Positions 20,081 through 32,241 of a DNA stretch of 41,044 nt are shown piece after piece. A program made the translations under genes and the position numbers. The notes under the pieces were generated by a model, which worked only from the letters and a program-made list of their open reading frames with translations, was not told the DNA's origin and did not search any database. Where the stretch lies: positions 107,790,736 to 107,831,779 of the forward strand of contig NC_068986.1 in assembly GCF_001194135.2 (NCBI RefSeq), in the 5' to 3' direction. Numbering within the stretch: the stretch's first letter is position 1; each line of letters starts with the position of its first letter. This DNA comes from Octopus bimaculoides (lineage: Eukaryota).

Positions 20081-21029
20081 GACAGAAATGAAGAAGAGTT
20101 TTCAGCGTTAGTAATGAAGCACAATCGGATCGATTGAAATCAATGATAATAATAATCGCTAATAAATATATACACACACAGAGAAAATAAGCTAGAGATT
20201 TAGCTCAGGCAATTATAATGTTTAACACTAGAATTATCTCGATGATGGGTGGTAAATCATAGCCGAAGGCTACAAGATTCATCTTTATTCTGAGGCAATT
20301 GAGACGGACTTTGAAAACATAAGTTCTTTGATTGTTCTATAAAAACGGCAAAAGTGTTTTCAAGTGATTTGTCTTCCATCATAAGGTGCTGCAGATGTTG
20401 CCGTTTTGTACAGAAAGTGTAAGATTTCTCTTTAAAATTTCTGATACTGTTCGTACTTATGCACACGTTTGCTTTAATGGAACTCTCAAGTCCAGAAAAA
20501 TCGATGCCTTATTGTAAAACTTCTGTTACGCCTTAAACTTCCGCCATGTAAGAATTTTCAATAGGCTGCCATCTTAATATACATGCCTGAACTTATTTCT
20601 TTTTTATTATTTTAATATTTTTTACATCAACACACATGATTCTATCTAAAAATATATAAGCATACACAACTATGCGTATATGTATATATGTATATATNNN
20701 NNNNNNNNNNNNNNNNNNNNNNNNNNNNNNNNNNNNNNNNNNNNNNNNNNNNNNNNNNNNNNNNNNNNNNNNNNNNNNNNNNNNNNNNNNNNNNNNNNNN
20801 NNNNNNNNNNNNNNNNNNNNNNNNNNNNNNNNNNNNNNNNNNNNNNNNNNNNNNNNNNNNNNNNNNNNNNNNNNNNNNNNNNNNNNNNNNNNNNNNNNNN
20901 NNNNNNNNNNNNNNNNNNNNNNNNNNNNNNNNNNNNNNNNNNNNNNNNNNNNNNNNNNNNNNNNNNNNNNNNNNNNNNNNNNNNNNNNNNNNNNNNNNNN
21001 NNNNNNNNNNNNNNNNNNNNNNNNNNNNN

Positions 21030-21073
<44 letters not shown>

Positions 21074-21379
21074 TACATAAATGCACAAGCACAATTCTAT
21101 ATATAGAAATGTATACATACTCATATATGTAAATATATATGGAAATGTGTGTGTATGTGTGTGTATGTGTGTGTGTGTACACAATTACATGCAAACTCTC
21201 ATACACACATTTATATAGTTACATGTACAGACACATATGCATACGATTCAATATATTTGTATTTGCATTGGTTTTGATTGGATGGCATGAGTTCTAAATA
21301 TATTCAAGATTCCATTAAAACATACGCTAAGATATTTATATAAACTTCCGTATAAACATACATACATACATACATACAC

Positions 21380-21410
<31 letters not shown>

Positions 21411-21631
21411 CATACTGAGACGTACATAGACTGCCACATGTACACACATACGCACATATACACGCACGCACACACATACTGATGCACTATAGATAATCCA
21501 TTTTATTCTTTGAATCGATAATAATTGCGAAAAATTTTTGAAAGTGTAACTACGTTCACACGTTTGGTTACACCCACTTTCGTTTATAACTAGTGTACGT
21601 GCCGTACATAGACTAACACATCGCGCATCGG

Positions 21632-21668
<37 letters not shown>

Positions 21669-22055
21669 NNNNNNNNNNNNNNNNNNNNNNNNNNNNNNNN
21701 NNNNNNNNNNNNNNNNNNNNNNNNNNNNNNNNNNNNNNNNNNNNNNNNNNNNNNNNNNNNNNNNNNNNNNNNNNNNNNNNNNNNNNNNNNNNNNNNNNNN
21801 NNNNNNNNNNNNNNNNNNNNNNNNNNNNNNNNNNNNNNNNNNNNNNNNNNNNNNNNNNNNNNNNNNNNNNNNNNNNNNNNNNNNNNNNNNNNNNNNNNNN
21901 NNNNNNNNNNNNNNNNNNNNNNNNNNNNNNNNNNNNNNNNNNNNNNNNNNNNNNNNNNNNNNNNNNNNNNNNNNNNNNNNNNNNNNNNNNNNNNNNNNNN
22001 NNNNNNNNNNNNNNNNNNNNNNNNNNNNNNNNNNNNNNNNNNNNNNNNNNNNNNN

Positions 22056-22126
22056 GCCTCGGGCTGATCAAAGCCTTGTGAGTGGATCTGGTAGACGGAA
22101 ACTGAAAGAAGCCCGTCGTATATATG

Positions 22127-22175
<49 letters not shown>

Positions 22176-22350
22176 GCGTGTGTGTTTGTGTGTCTGTGTT
22201 TGTTCCCCCACTATCGCTTGACAACCGATGCTGGTGTGTTTACGTCCCCGTAACATAGCGGTTATGCAAAAGAGACCGATAGAGTAAGTACCAGTTCATC
22301 TGAAATTCTTTAAGGCGGTGTCCCAGCAGACCGCTCAGAAGCGACTGCAT
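22056..22350 (+). mobile_element. SINE OR-like (head lost in gap) with internal (TA)(TG)n
   Basis: GCCTCGGGCTGATCAAAGCCTTGTGAGTGG..(TG)n..CGCTTGACAACCGATGCTGG..GAGACCGATAGAGTAAGTAC. Confidence 0.88.
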
Positions 22351-23792
22351 GCGCGCGGGATGTATGAGTCGCGTGCGCGAGCATGTACGTACGCAGCCAT
22401 GTCAGTTGAGCGAACAGCTGAAATTTCATCACGGAAAACGACGAAGAATCTCCTATATATTAATATATTTTTAATGTGTGTTAGTAATGGAAAATATGTG
22501 TTTTGTTGGAACAATAAATACGTATAAAGAACTCTATTTCCTTTCAATAATAATTTATGTTTGAGCTGATATCTCTTTTTAAAATGCTGAAGAGGGAATT
22601 AGTTGAAATCTGTGTGTGTGGGGGTGTTTATATTACAGGTTGGGCGAACGCAGTTTGTCTTTTCAGTTTAATTTCCTGTTTATTTAATTTAATCTGCTGA
22701 AAAATGAGAAATAATATCTTTTTAAAAATGTTTTAACCGTGCGGAATCGCTCATACTGGCGCACACATATTACAGGAGCAGTTTTAATCATGTGCAGCTA
22801 GGCATATCTCCTTTATGTATACTGGTAACTAATTCTAATGAAATGATTTTGAAAGCCCAAGAGCATAAACAGTTATATATATATATTATTGCTATTATTA
22901 TAGCACATATTGGTAAAGAGATATTCAATAGCTTAATGTATTTTTATCACCTTCTATTCTAAGAAAATTGCTATCAGTATAACTCGCTTTAAAACGTGCT
23001 GTAAAATACATATTTGAGTAGGAACTGTTATACTGTATGGTTTACCAGCTGATAAATATTGCCTTAAACAAAATTAAACAGCCGAATAAAATATCTTGGA
23101 CATTTCAATTGAATGAGGAATAGCTTCCAGGTGTAAACTTTGAATAAAACAAGAAATAGAAGGCTTTAATACAATATGTTCTCAAAGAAACTTAGATGAT
23201 GTACATATTTTAATGTGTAGCAGTATTGTTCGCAATTGATATGTTCATGAAAATTAAAGCCAATTAGAAAGGAAATCAAATAAGAATATAATTAAATAAA
23301 ATCACAGAGAAAAGTAACGATTGCAAGTGTTTAAATAAATCTATGAAATAGCAAAAATACACCAAGAAGGAAATTTACAAAATATGATTTCCTGTAATTT
23401 CTCAATCTCCAAAAATGGCAAACCGGAACTTAACTGCAAAGTAATTGTCAGTTCTATATAATCATCTAATAAACGATGGATTCTATGCTTTATAATTAAT
23501 ACAATCCGCCAATATTTCTGGTCAATAGCCAAAAGGATCTCTACTAGGTTTACGTTAGCATTCTTTTCTCTCCACGACTCAACCATGATGACTTTCACGG
23601 GAGAACATCCGCACTTACTGCTCTCTTTCTCTCAATCGTTGCACACACACGCGCGCGCACACATCATTGCGCGCGCGCGCACATCATTGCACACACATTC
23701 CATTATTCTTTTGTATATTTGTGCTTGTGATCATATCATGATTACTACTGTTAACTTGTTTCCATTTGTAGATGTAATATTTTCTGCTATCA

Positions 23793-23880
23793 GCCCAAGG
23801 TTCTATGAAGGAGATAAGGCCATAGAGTTTGGAGGCCCAAGGTTCTATGAAGGAGATAATGCCATAGAGTTTGGAGGCCC
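23793..23880. repeat. 42-bp tandem duplication (1 mismatch)
   Basis: GCCCAAGGTTCTATGAAGGAGATAA(G/T)GCCATAGAGTTTGGAG twice, at 23793-23834 and 23835-23876. Confidence 0.92.
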
Positions 23881-24824
23881 TCTTAGACTGGAGAAGTCGC
23901 TATAGTTGTTTCATATGAATGTCTCCAGATTAAACACTGAGCTGGAAAGAGATTCAGCTTTAGAGACAACAGTGTTGAGAAAGTACTCAATACGAGATTT
24001 AAAGAGAGAAATTAAGGTTGGAGAGAGGAGTAAAGGGGAGAAAGTAAAGGAGAAGGAAAAGGTGGAAGAGAAGAAGGTGGTGGAGGATTGAATATATAAG
24101 AGTAACTTATGTAGTGGGAATATATAATCAGTACAAGGTGTTGATGTGACTGCATATATGTTATTACAATAGTTTATAAAGAGATGAAGAATAAATTTAA
24201 GACCTATATATTTACTACATAAAAATATATTTTATTTAGTGGTCAATGATACATAGAATCAAAATGTAGAATCTAATTAAATGAAGTAATCAATGCAAGA
24301 AAGTTCAGAGAAAGAAAAATGTAGAAATAACAGCGAAGTGGTGGTTTTCAGTCATGTGGCGTAGAAGAATAGCCGGACATAACAATGACGTGAATGGCTT
24401 AATGTCTAATCGACTAAGAAGCGAAAGGCAGGGTTAACAAGCTGTTTTTATTAATGGAACGCTAGACAGTCTAGAAACTTCCAAGAGAAACGTTAAGCTT
24501 CCTGAATAATTAAGAATCACGTCTCATGACACAGATGCTTCGAGAAACTTGGTAAAGGGCGGTTACTCTATAATCTTTCTTGCAAGGGAGATCATTCAGC
24601 TATTTAGCTGCGTAGACCACTACACTTATCAGTGAGTCTTAAGGAGCAGTAGTCCGCAGCCATTTTTTACCTATGAAACCCTTTGACTCCCATTTTACTT
24701 GTGTGGACCCACAAAGCTGTTTAATGTTTTTATAGTTAGATATTATTAAGAATTGCATTTTAAAAAAAAATGTCAAAGCATCGTACGAGTATAACCAATT
24801 TATTGCGGATAGAATATTGATGAC

Positions 24825-25013
24825 TGAAATTTGGGGGAGGGGCCTAGTCGATTACATCGATCGCAGTGCGTAACTGGTACATATTTCATCGACCCCCGAA
24901 AGGATAAAGGCAAAGTCGACCTCTACGGAATTTGAACTCAGATCGTAAGGGCGGATGAAATGCTGCTAAGCGGTTTTCCCGACGCGCTAACGATTCTGCC
25001 AGCTCGCCGCCTT
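24825..25013 (-). mobile_element. SINE family M with intact head
   Basis: Minus strand AAGGCGGCGAGCTGGCAGAATCGTTAGC..GAGTTCAAATTCC..CCCTCCCCCAAATTTC. Confidence 0.88.
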
Positions 25014-25033
25014 GAAGATCGAATTTTAATAAT

Positions 25034-25165
25034 CCTTTCTACCGGAAGCACAAGGCCTCAGATTTGGTGGAAGGGATTAAGTGGAAGGGATTACATCGAC
25101 CCAGTGCGTAACTGGTACTTACTTAATTGACCCCGAAAGGATGAAAGGCAAAGTTGACCTCAGCG
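25034..25165 (-). mobile_element. SINE family M, 5'-truncated, B2-type tail
   Basis: Minus strand CCGCTGAGGTCAACTTTGCCTTTCATCC..GGCCTTGTGCTTCCGGTAGAAAGG. Confidence 0.85.
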
Positions 25166-25649
25166 GAAGATAGAATTTTAATAATGAAATTATATACGGA
25201 CCCCAATTATGAACCATTGCTGGAGAGCGTTGGTAGTTCAGAGGGACAGGAAGGTTATAGAAACTATGAAAGTGGAGGCATAACGGGTAATTAGTAAATC
25301 GCTGAAGTTCCTTGGCTAGTGAAGGTTTGTTGGTCGGTCAGACTGCCTTCATTGTGAATGCGATCTAAAAACGTGTGCGTGTGTAAATTCAACGCCTTCC
25401 AGTCTAGTTTTTTCGTTTGTTTTTTCATCCATCAGAGAGTGACTTCAATTTTCTTGTTGTTCAACTACTAACGTGACTTGATGTAGTTATATCCATTACA
25501 GAGAAAAATTTAGAACTGAAAATATAACATACAGGATGTACATGAACATAAAACACGCTGGAAATAATTTTAAAAATACATTGTATTAGAACTAAGATCA
25601 GACCAAGAAAACTAAACGAAAAAGGAAGAAAGAAGTAACGCGGATTTGT

Positions 25650-25736
25650 TTGTTTGCTTTTTTTTTTTTGTTTTTTGTTTTTTTGTTTTTGTTTTTTTTG
25701 GTTTTTTTTTTTTTTTTTTTTTTTTTTTTGTTTTTT
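25650..25736. repeat. Poly(T) / (GTTTTTT)n tract
   Basis: Direct reading. Confidence 0.9.
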
Positions 25737-26354
25737 ATGATATTGGAAAAATTCGAAACATAAAATGGAAATAAGGCAAAAATTTATATGCGCATCATGA
25801 CCTTTTCCGATGAGTTTTTCGGGTGTGGTATACCTTCTTTTTTTTTACATCACATGAGCTAAATTACATGTATTGATTTATTTTTTTCGTTTTAAATTTC
25901 GTTTTTTCTTTTAGCTTCAATTATTCAATAGTTTCGTCGGAATGAAGCGCAGAGTGAACATGAACCTCTGTGACAGTAAATAAGTCTATTTTTGTCCTAA
26001 ATACAAGATCAACGCTGCAATTCTTCACGTTTATCAGACTGTTCAATCTCAGTCTGACTTTCATCACTAGAAACACTATTTTTATTCTCTTTAACGTGGT
26101 TAACTCATTTTTTTTTTTTCTTCTTTTAGGTTTTATCTTTTATTCGGATATTAGTAGCCTGTGTATATCAGATTGCCAGTGTGTGTATGTTCGTTTATGT
26201 TTGTATCTGTAAATACACATTTATATTTGAATGTGTATTTTAGTGAGTTTATGCCTGAATAACCCTCTCCCTCTCTCTCTCTCTCTCTCTCCTCCTTTCT
26301 CCTCTCTCTCTCTCTTTCTCTCTCTCTCTTTCTCTTTCTCTTTTTCACTCCATA

Positions 26355-26861
26355 CGAGATGATATCAAAAGGTTCCCGGACTGGTTATGTTTAATAAAAG
26401 ATAACTCATTTACCCAAATTTTAACATCATGTCTTTCTAAATAGTCACCTTGCGCAGCAATACACCGGTTCCAGCGTTCCTGTCACTTTTGGAATCCGGC
26501 CTGGGAATCATTTACCGTAAGTGAGTCGAAGACCTTCTGCGATTCGCTCTTGATCTCGACAATGGTGCTAAAACGGTGACCTTTTCATCTTGAGGGAGGA
26601 AGAGATGAAAATCCAGAGGTGCTAAATCTGGCGAAAAGAACAGGTACGGAAGCGACACCATGTTGTTTTTGGCGAAAAATTCACGAGTGAGAACTCATTT
26701 ACAGGGTCCATTGTCGTCATGAAGAAACCAATTCTTCGCGCTCCACAAATCCGGTCGCTTTCGTCGAATGTCGTCCTTCAAATGCTTCAAAACATCATTG
26801 ATTGTCCTCCGACGATCTTCATGCACAAGCTGAGGAATTTTCTCCACGTTTCCGGGGGTGA
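26355..26861 (-). mobile_element. Mariner remnant (3' TIR plus deleted transposase)
   Basis: TA-CGAGATGATATCAAAAGGTTCCCGGACT terminus. Minus strand reads HEDRRRTINDV joined to LKHLKDDIRRKRPDLW..WFLHDDN..SPDLAPLDF..RWNRCIAAQGDY. Confidence 0.88.
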
Positions 26862-26893
26862 CGCTCGTACATTACTTGGATTAGTTTAGAAAG

Positions 26894-27024
26894 AACCACA
26901 CGGTTCCGGGTTCAGTCCCACTGCGTAGCACCTTGGGCAAGTGTCTTCTACTACAGCCTCGGGCCGACCAAAGCCTTGTGAGTGGATTTGGTAGATGGAA
27001 ACTGAAAGAAGCCTGTCGTATATA

Positions 27025-27056
<32 letters not shown>
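26894..27056 (+). mobile_element. SINE OR-like 5' half running into (TA)n and a gap
   Basis: GGTTCCGGGTTCAGTCCCACTGCGTAGCACCTTGGGCAAGTGTC. Confidence 0.9.
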
Positions 27057-27719
27057 NNNNNNNNNNNNNNNNNNNNNNNNNNNNNNNNNNNNNNNNNNNN
27101 NNNNNNNNNNNNNNNNNNNNNNNNNNNNNNNNNNNNNNNNNNNNNNNNNNNNNNNNNNNNNNNNNNNNNNNNNNNNNNNNNNNNNNNNNNNNNNNNNNNN
27201 NNNNNNNNNNNNNNNNNNNNNNNNNNNNNNNNNNNNNNNNNNNNNNNNNNNNNNNNNNNNNNNNNNNNNNNNNNNNNNNNNNNNNNNNNNNNNNNNNNNN
27301 NNNNNNNNNNNNNNNNNNNNNNNNNNNNNNNNNNNNNNNNNNNNNNNNNNNNNNNNNNNNNNNNNNNNNNNNNNNNNNNNNNNNNNNNNNNNNNNNNNNN
27401 NNNNNNNNNNNNNNNNNNNNNNNNNNNNNNNNNNNNNNNNNNNNNNNNNNNNNNNNNNNNNNNNNNNNNNNNNNNNNNNNNNNNNNNNNNNNNNNNNNNN
27501 NNNNNNNNNNNNNNNNNNNNNNNNNNNNNNNNNNNNNNNNNNNNNNNNNNNNNNNNNNNNNNNNNNNNNNNNNNNNNNNNNNNNNNNNNNNNNNNNNNNN
27601 NNNNNNNNNNNNNNNNNNNNNNNNNNNNNNNNNNNNNNNNNNNNNNNNNNNNNNNNNNNNNNNNNNNNNNNNNNNNNNNNNNNNNNNNNNNNNNNNNNNN
27701 NNNNTAGCTAGTGAACAAG

Positions 27720-27876
27720 CAGGGCCGGCTCAAGGTACCGGCAACTCGTGCAGTCGCTCGGGGTGCCATATTCTAGTGGAGGGCGTGACACAGACAAGGA
27801 AATTTCCACGATCGTCAGCTTGTACGCGCCGGAGTTCAGCTTGCCCGGGGCGCCAGCAACCCAAGGACCGGCCCCG
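27720..27876. mobile_element. GC-rich hAT-type MITE (157 bp)
   Basis: Termini CAGGGCCGG..CCGGCCCCG. The 8-bp flanks TGAACAAG and CGAGCAGG match at 5/8 and the differences are transitions. Subterminal GGGGYGCCA direct repeats. Confidence 0.65.
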
Positions 27877-27921
27877 CGAGCAGGAAGACATTCCCTCTGC
27901 TCTGAAGGCTATTCCGTCGTA

Positions 27922-28059
27922 GGGTTATCCATTTACAGCTGAGTGGACTGGAGCAACGTGAAATGAAATGTTTTGCTGAAGAACACAACATGCCGCCCAG
28001 TTCGGTAATCGAACCCACCATCTAGCGGTCATAAGTGAAACACCCTAACCACTAAGCCA
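27922..28059 (-). mobile_element. SINE family C 5' portion
   Basis: Minus strand TGGCTTAGTGGTTAGGG (A box), GGGTTCGATTACC (B box), TTGTGTTCTTCAGCAAAACATTTCATTTCACGTTGCTCCAGTCCACTCAGCTG. Confidence 0.82.
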
Positions 28060-28164
28060 GTAACTTATAAGCTGTAGTAAAGCAACATGTTCTTTGTCTA
28101 TCTCCTTAACTTCTTGGAGATTTTAGGTATAATTATACTAATGTGTCCATCTGTTCTAAGGGTT

Positions 28165-28365
28165 TAAACCGAGCCCTGGTACTTCTGTATTGTTTTAAGT
28201 CTGGTAGTTATTCTGTCGGAGATTTTTTTTTCTTGTTCTTGTTGAACCTCTAATGTTGCATGGACGTAAACAAACCAACAGCGGTTTTCAATCGGTGGCG
28301 AGGGGTGACATACAAAGACATAATGATGCACACAGATACACTCACACACACACACACACACACAT
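28165..28365 (-). mobile_element. Diverged SINE OR-like 3' half
   Basis: Plus strand GGACGTAAACAAACCAACAGCGGTTTTCAATCGGTGG..ACACAGA..(CA)n is the reverse complement of the OR-like 3' half. Confidence 0.65.
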
Positions 28366-28515
28366 TCTGTGTCACATTGAATCTCCCTAAGAACAACGTT
28401 AAAAGGACGTGTGTCTGTGGAGTGCTCAGCCACTTTCACGTTGATTTCACGAGCAGGTTGTTCCGTTCATCGAGTCAACTTGAACACTCGTCGTCATGTA
28501 AGACGGAGTGTCAGT
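28366..28515 (+). mobile_element. Diverged SINE family A 3' part
   Basis: GTGTCTGTGGAGTGCTCAGCCACTT..TTTCACGAGCAGGTTGTTCCGTT..GACGGAGTG. Confidence 0.85.
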
Positions 28516-29602
28516 AACTATGAGGGCAAAAGAAGCTTTTTTTTTTTCATAAAGGAGAGTTATTTCGAGCGATATTTTTGCTGTATTCCTCGTTGCAACA
28601 GAAATTTAGCAAAAACATATTAACTTTAAAACTTGTCTTTACCTTCTAGCACGATGTCTGTTTAGCAATGATCTTGGAAATAACCAACAGTAACTTTTTA
28701 ATTTTGAACATCACCGCTCGATGGCCTGTGGATTCAACAACTTGAACGTGAATTGAATTTTGCAATAACAGTTATTGAAGACTGAGCAGTGAATTAACTA
28801 CTTAATCCAGGTCGGACCTGATGTGAATCATGATTGAGTTAAAATATTTATTGGGAAGTTGATATACAAAATCAGGGTCGTCTGCCTTGTGATGTAGCGT
28901 TAAATTGTGATGTTGAAACTTAACATTGCATTCAACTAATATATTTTATTTATTTATTTACTCCGTTCTTCTTGTTTAATTTATTCATTGAAATGAAACG
29001 TTAAAAGGAAAAGTAACAGAAATTACGTGATAGTCGTTTAAATTGATCGTATTCAGTGAAGTTTTCTTCAAACTCCATTTTTTTTATCTCTCCTCGTGCA
29101 TTTACTATTCTTTACGCAGCTAATTCTCCTATTGTTTTTCATTTTCTTTCATAGTTTTAGGTTTTTTTCTTTTTTCCTTCTTCAATCGACTGACGATATT
29201 TTGATGTTTGAAGCGCTTACTTCTACATGCAACCGAGAGTGTTTTCTGAGTAGTCAATTAAAATATAACAGTTGTCTAATGACTAATAGCTTTGACTCTA
29301 ATCAAAACAACGATGCAAACTCTATTTCCACTGTATTGTTTTGTTTCTCGACCCACTTTCTCTCAGCGTTGTCTTATCAATGATACCTGACCGCTATGGC
29401 TAAGATTGCAACAATCATTAACATGTCACACACTTTCCATTATCAGTAATAACAAGAACATTATAACTACTACCATGACAACAATGAGAATATATCCAGC
29501 GCCATTACTAACACTGAACTATTAGCATTGTATAATGCAAAAAGTCTGGACCAAATCAAAAAAAGGTAATTTCAGTGGTAATTACCACTTCACTCAACAA
29601 CA

Positions 29603-29667
<65 letters not shown>

Positions 29668-30782
29668 NNNNNNNNNNNNNNNNNNNNNNNNNNNNNNNNN
29701 NNNNNNNNNNNNNNNNNNNNNNNNNNNNNNNNNNNNNNNNNNNNNNNNNNNNNNNNNNNNNNNNNNNNNNNNNNNNNNNNNNNNNNNNNNNNNNNNNNNN
29801 NNNNNNNNNNNNNNNNNNNNNNNNNNNNNNNNNNNNNNNNNNNNNNNNNNNNNNNNNNNNNNNNNNNNNNNNNNNNNNNNNNNNNNNNNNNNNNNNNNNN
29901 NNNNNNNNNNNNNNNNNNNNNNNNNNNNNNNNNNNNNNNNNNNNNNNNNNNNNNNNNNNNNNNNNNNNNNNNNNNNNNNNNNNNNNNNNNNNNNNNNNNN
30001 NNNNNNNNNNNNNNNNNNNNNNNNNNNNNNNNNNNNNNNNNNNNNNNNNNNNNNNNNNNNNNNNNNNNNNNNNNNNNNNNNNNNNNNNNNNNNNNNNNNN
30101 NNNNNNNNNNNNNNNNNNNNNNNNNNNNNNNNNNNNNNNNNNNNNNNNNNNNNNNNNNNNNNNNNNNNNNNNNNNNNNNNNNNNNNNNNNNNNNNNNNNN
30201 NNNNNNNNNNNNNNNNNNNNNNNNNNNNNNNNNNNNNNNNNNNNNNNNNNNNNNNNNNNNNNNNNNNNNNNNNNNNNNNNNNNNNNNNNNNNNNNNNNNN
30301 NNNNNNNNNNNNNNNNNNNNNNNNNNNNNNNNNNNNNNNNNNNNNNNNNNNNNNNNNNNNNNNNNNNNNNNNNNNNNNNNNNNNNNNNNNNNNNNNNNNN
30401 NNNNNNNNNNNNNNNNNNNNNNNNNNNNNNNNNNNNNNNNNNNNNNNNNNNNNNNNNNNNNNNNNNNNNNNNNNNNNNNNNNNNNNNNNNNNNNNNNNNN
30501 NNNNNNATAAAGTGAAGTATATTGCCACTTAAGTGTGGCTGACCCCTAGGGGTGGATGTTACTGTTGCTTTTAGCCCCAGGAGGACATCTCCTCCAGCTG
30601 GCTTATCGACACACTACTGTGTCCTGTTTGTTTTGCCAAGGGAAGTTATCCTTTCATCGTGATCTGTAGCACGAACGGGGTTGCTACTCATACGCTAATC
30701 TCTGACATTTTATGGTTTTGTGTTTTCACTGCACTGTGACTGCCGACCAACATACTTAGACGATACTATCATGATCCCCTAA

Positions 30783-30985
30783 GGCGGCGAGCTGGTAGGA
30801 TCGTCAGCACGCCGGACAAAATGCTTAGCGGTATTTCGTCCGACTTCACATTCTGAGTTCAAATTCTACCAAGGTCACTTTGCCTTTCATCCTTTTGAGG
30901 TCGATTAGGCGCTCGGGCCAATGTAATCAACTTCCCCACTACCCCGAAATTGTTGGCCTTGTGCCAAAATTTAAAGCCAATATTT
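30783..30985 (+). mobile_element. SINE family M, B2-type tail
   Basis: GGCGGCGAGCTGGTAGGATCG..GAGTTCAAATT..GCCTTTCATCC..GGCCTTGTGCCAAAATTT. Confidence 0.85.
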
Positions 30986-31740
30986 TGATGCCCTTATCAC
31001 CTGACTTTGCTGTCTGTCCATTTATTCAACAATAACATCCGATTCTATATTCATAACATTTCTTTCCAATTTTCTTGTTTTCCAACATTATTAAAAATTC
31101 AAATCGTTCTTCATTAAGTAAAATTAAGATGAATAACCATACTTGAGAAAATGTTATGTATAATAAAACCTCCACAACATATTTTGTTTCGTTGAGAGAT
31201 TTATTACAGTAAGAATAGTTACCGCCACCACCAACCCCTACAACACCATCCAAACAGCCAACCCCCTGCTACCTGAAATACTCTATAATATCACATACAG
31301 CATAATCTTACAAGCAGCTTTTCTTCTTTTATTCATGATTATTTTGTTACAAATTGTGAGTCTTTTACACTTTTTGTAAAGCAAGACATTGTCTTCTCTG
31401 CGAGGTAGCAGAATAAACTCTGACCTAATAACATTTACTCAGGGTCGATATTCGAAACTATATTTTTCAGTTAACCAAAAACCAGCAAACATCGACTGTG
31501 GAAAAGAAAATATGCTACTGCGTAGCGACAACAATGTTGATACGAACGGTAGCCTCGTCTGAAAGTCTTTTCGTTTTGTTTTGTTTTTACATGAGCATTG
31601 AAATTTAATATGACTGACATATTTAAACACTATTTAATTAACAAATTGCAATTTGTTAATTAGATAACGTTTTCTATAAATACGTGTTTAAAATATTTAA
31701 ATGTACGATATATATTTTTTTTTATTAATTAACATTGAAC

Positions 31741-32240
31741 AGCGAGTTGGTAGAATCGTTAGCACGCAAGGCGAAACGCTTAGCGGTATTTCGTCCGTCT
31801 TCAGGTTTTGAGTTCAAATTTCACCGAGGTCGACTTTTCTTTCCATCCTTTCAGGATCGATAAATTAAGTACCAGTCAAGTACTGGGTAGAAATTTCTGG
31901 CCTTGTGCCAAAATTTGAAATCATTATTTAGCTGGAATAAAGCGGCGAGCTGGCAGACTTGTTACCATGCCCGATAAAATGCTTAGCGTTAGTTCGTCTG
32001 TCTTTACGTTCTGAGTTTAAATTCCAACGAGGTCGACTTTGCGTTTCATTTTTTTAGGGTCGATAAAATAAAACACCTCTCTAGGACTGGGGAAACGGTA
32101 TCAATTAACCCACTTCCCTCAAAATTGCTAGTCTGGTACCTAAATTAGACATGTACTAGTTGAGCACTGAGGGTCGGTGTAATCGACTCAACCCCTCCCC
32201 CAAATTGCAGGCCTTGTACTCAAAAAATCGAAACCCATAT
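31741..32240 (+). mobile_element. Head-to-tail cluster of SINE-M (two copies plus a 3' fragment)
   Basis: Heads at about 31741 and 31942, extra 3' part at about 32155-32237. TATTTAGCTG is repeated at 31925-31934 and 32238-32247. Confidence 0.82.
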
Positions 32241-32241
32241 T

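Larger units (their letters stand above)
24647..25219. mobile_element. Old hAT/Charlie-type non-autonomous element hosting two SINE-M insertions
   Basis: Left end CAGTAGTCC, right end GAACCATTG (consensus CAGTGGTTC). The 8-bp flanks TTAAGGAG and CTGGAGAG differ only by transitions and fit nTnnnnAn. Confidence 0.4.

Noticed and set aside
23341-23598. 85-aa minus-strand ORF (MKVIMVESW..)
   Set aside because: GTG start, no recognisable motif and no convincing splice-site pair.
23880-24100. Possible LINE endonuclease remnant on the minus strand (GDIHMKQL*)
   Set aside because: The similarity is too weak to support without a profile search.
25650-25736. (GTTTTTT)n as a telomere-like repeat
   Set aside because: It is not TTAGGG-type and is consistent with a decayed poly(A/T) tract.
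30530-30760. GC-richer segment with palindrome ACCCCTAGGGGT, possibly a LINE UTR
   Set aside because: There is a single copy in the window and no diagnostic motif, so it cannot be classified.
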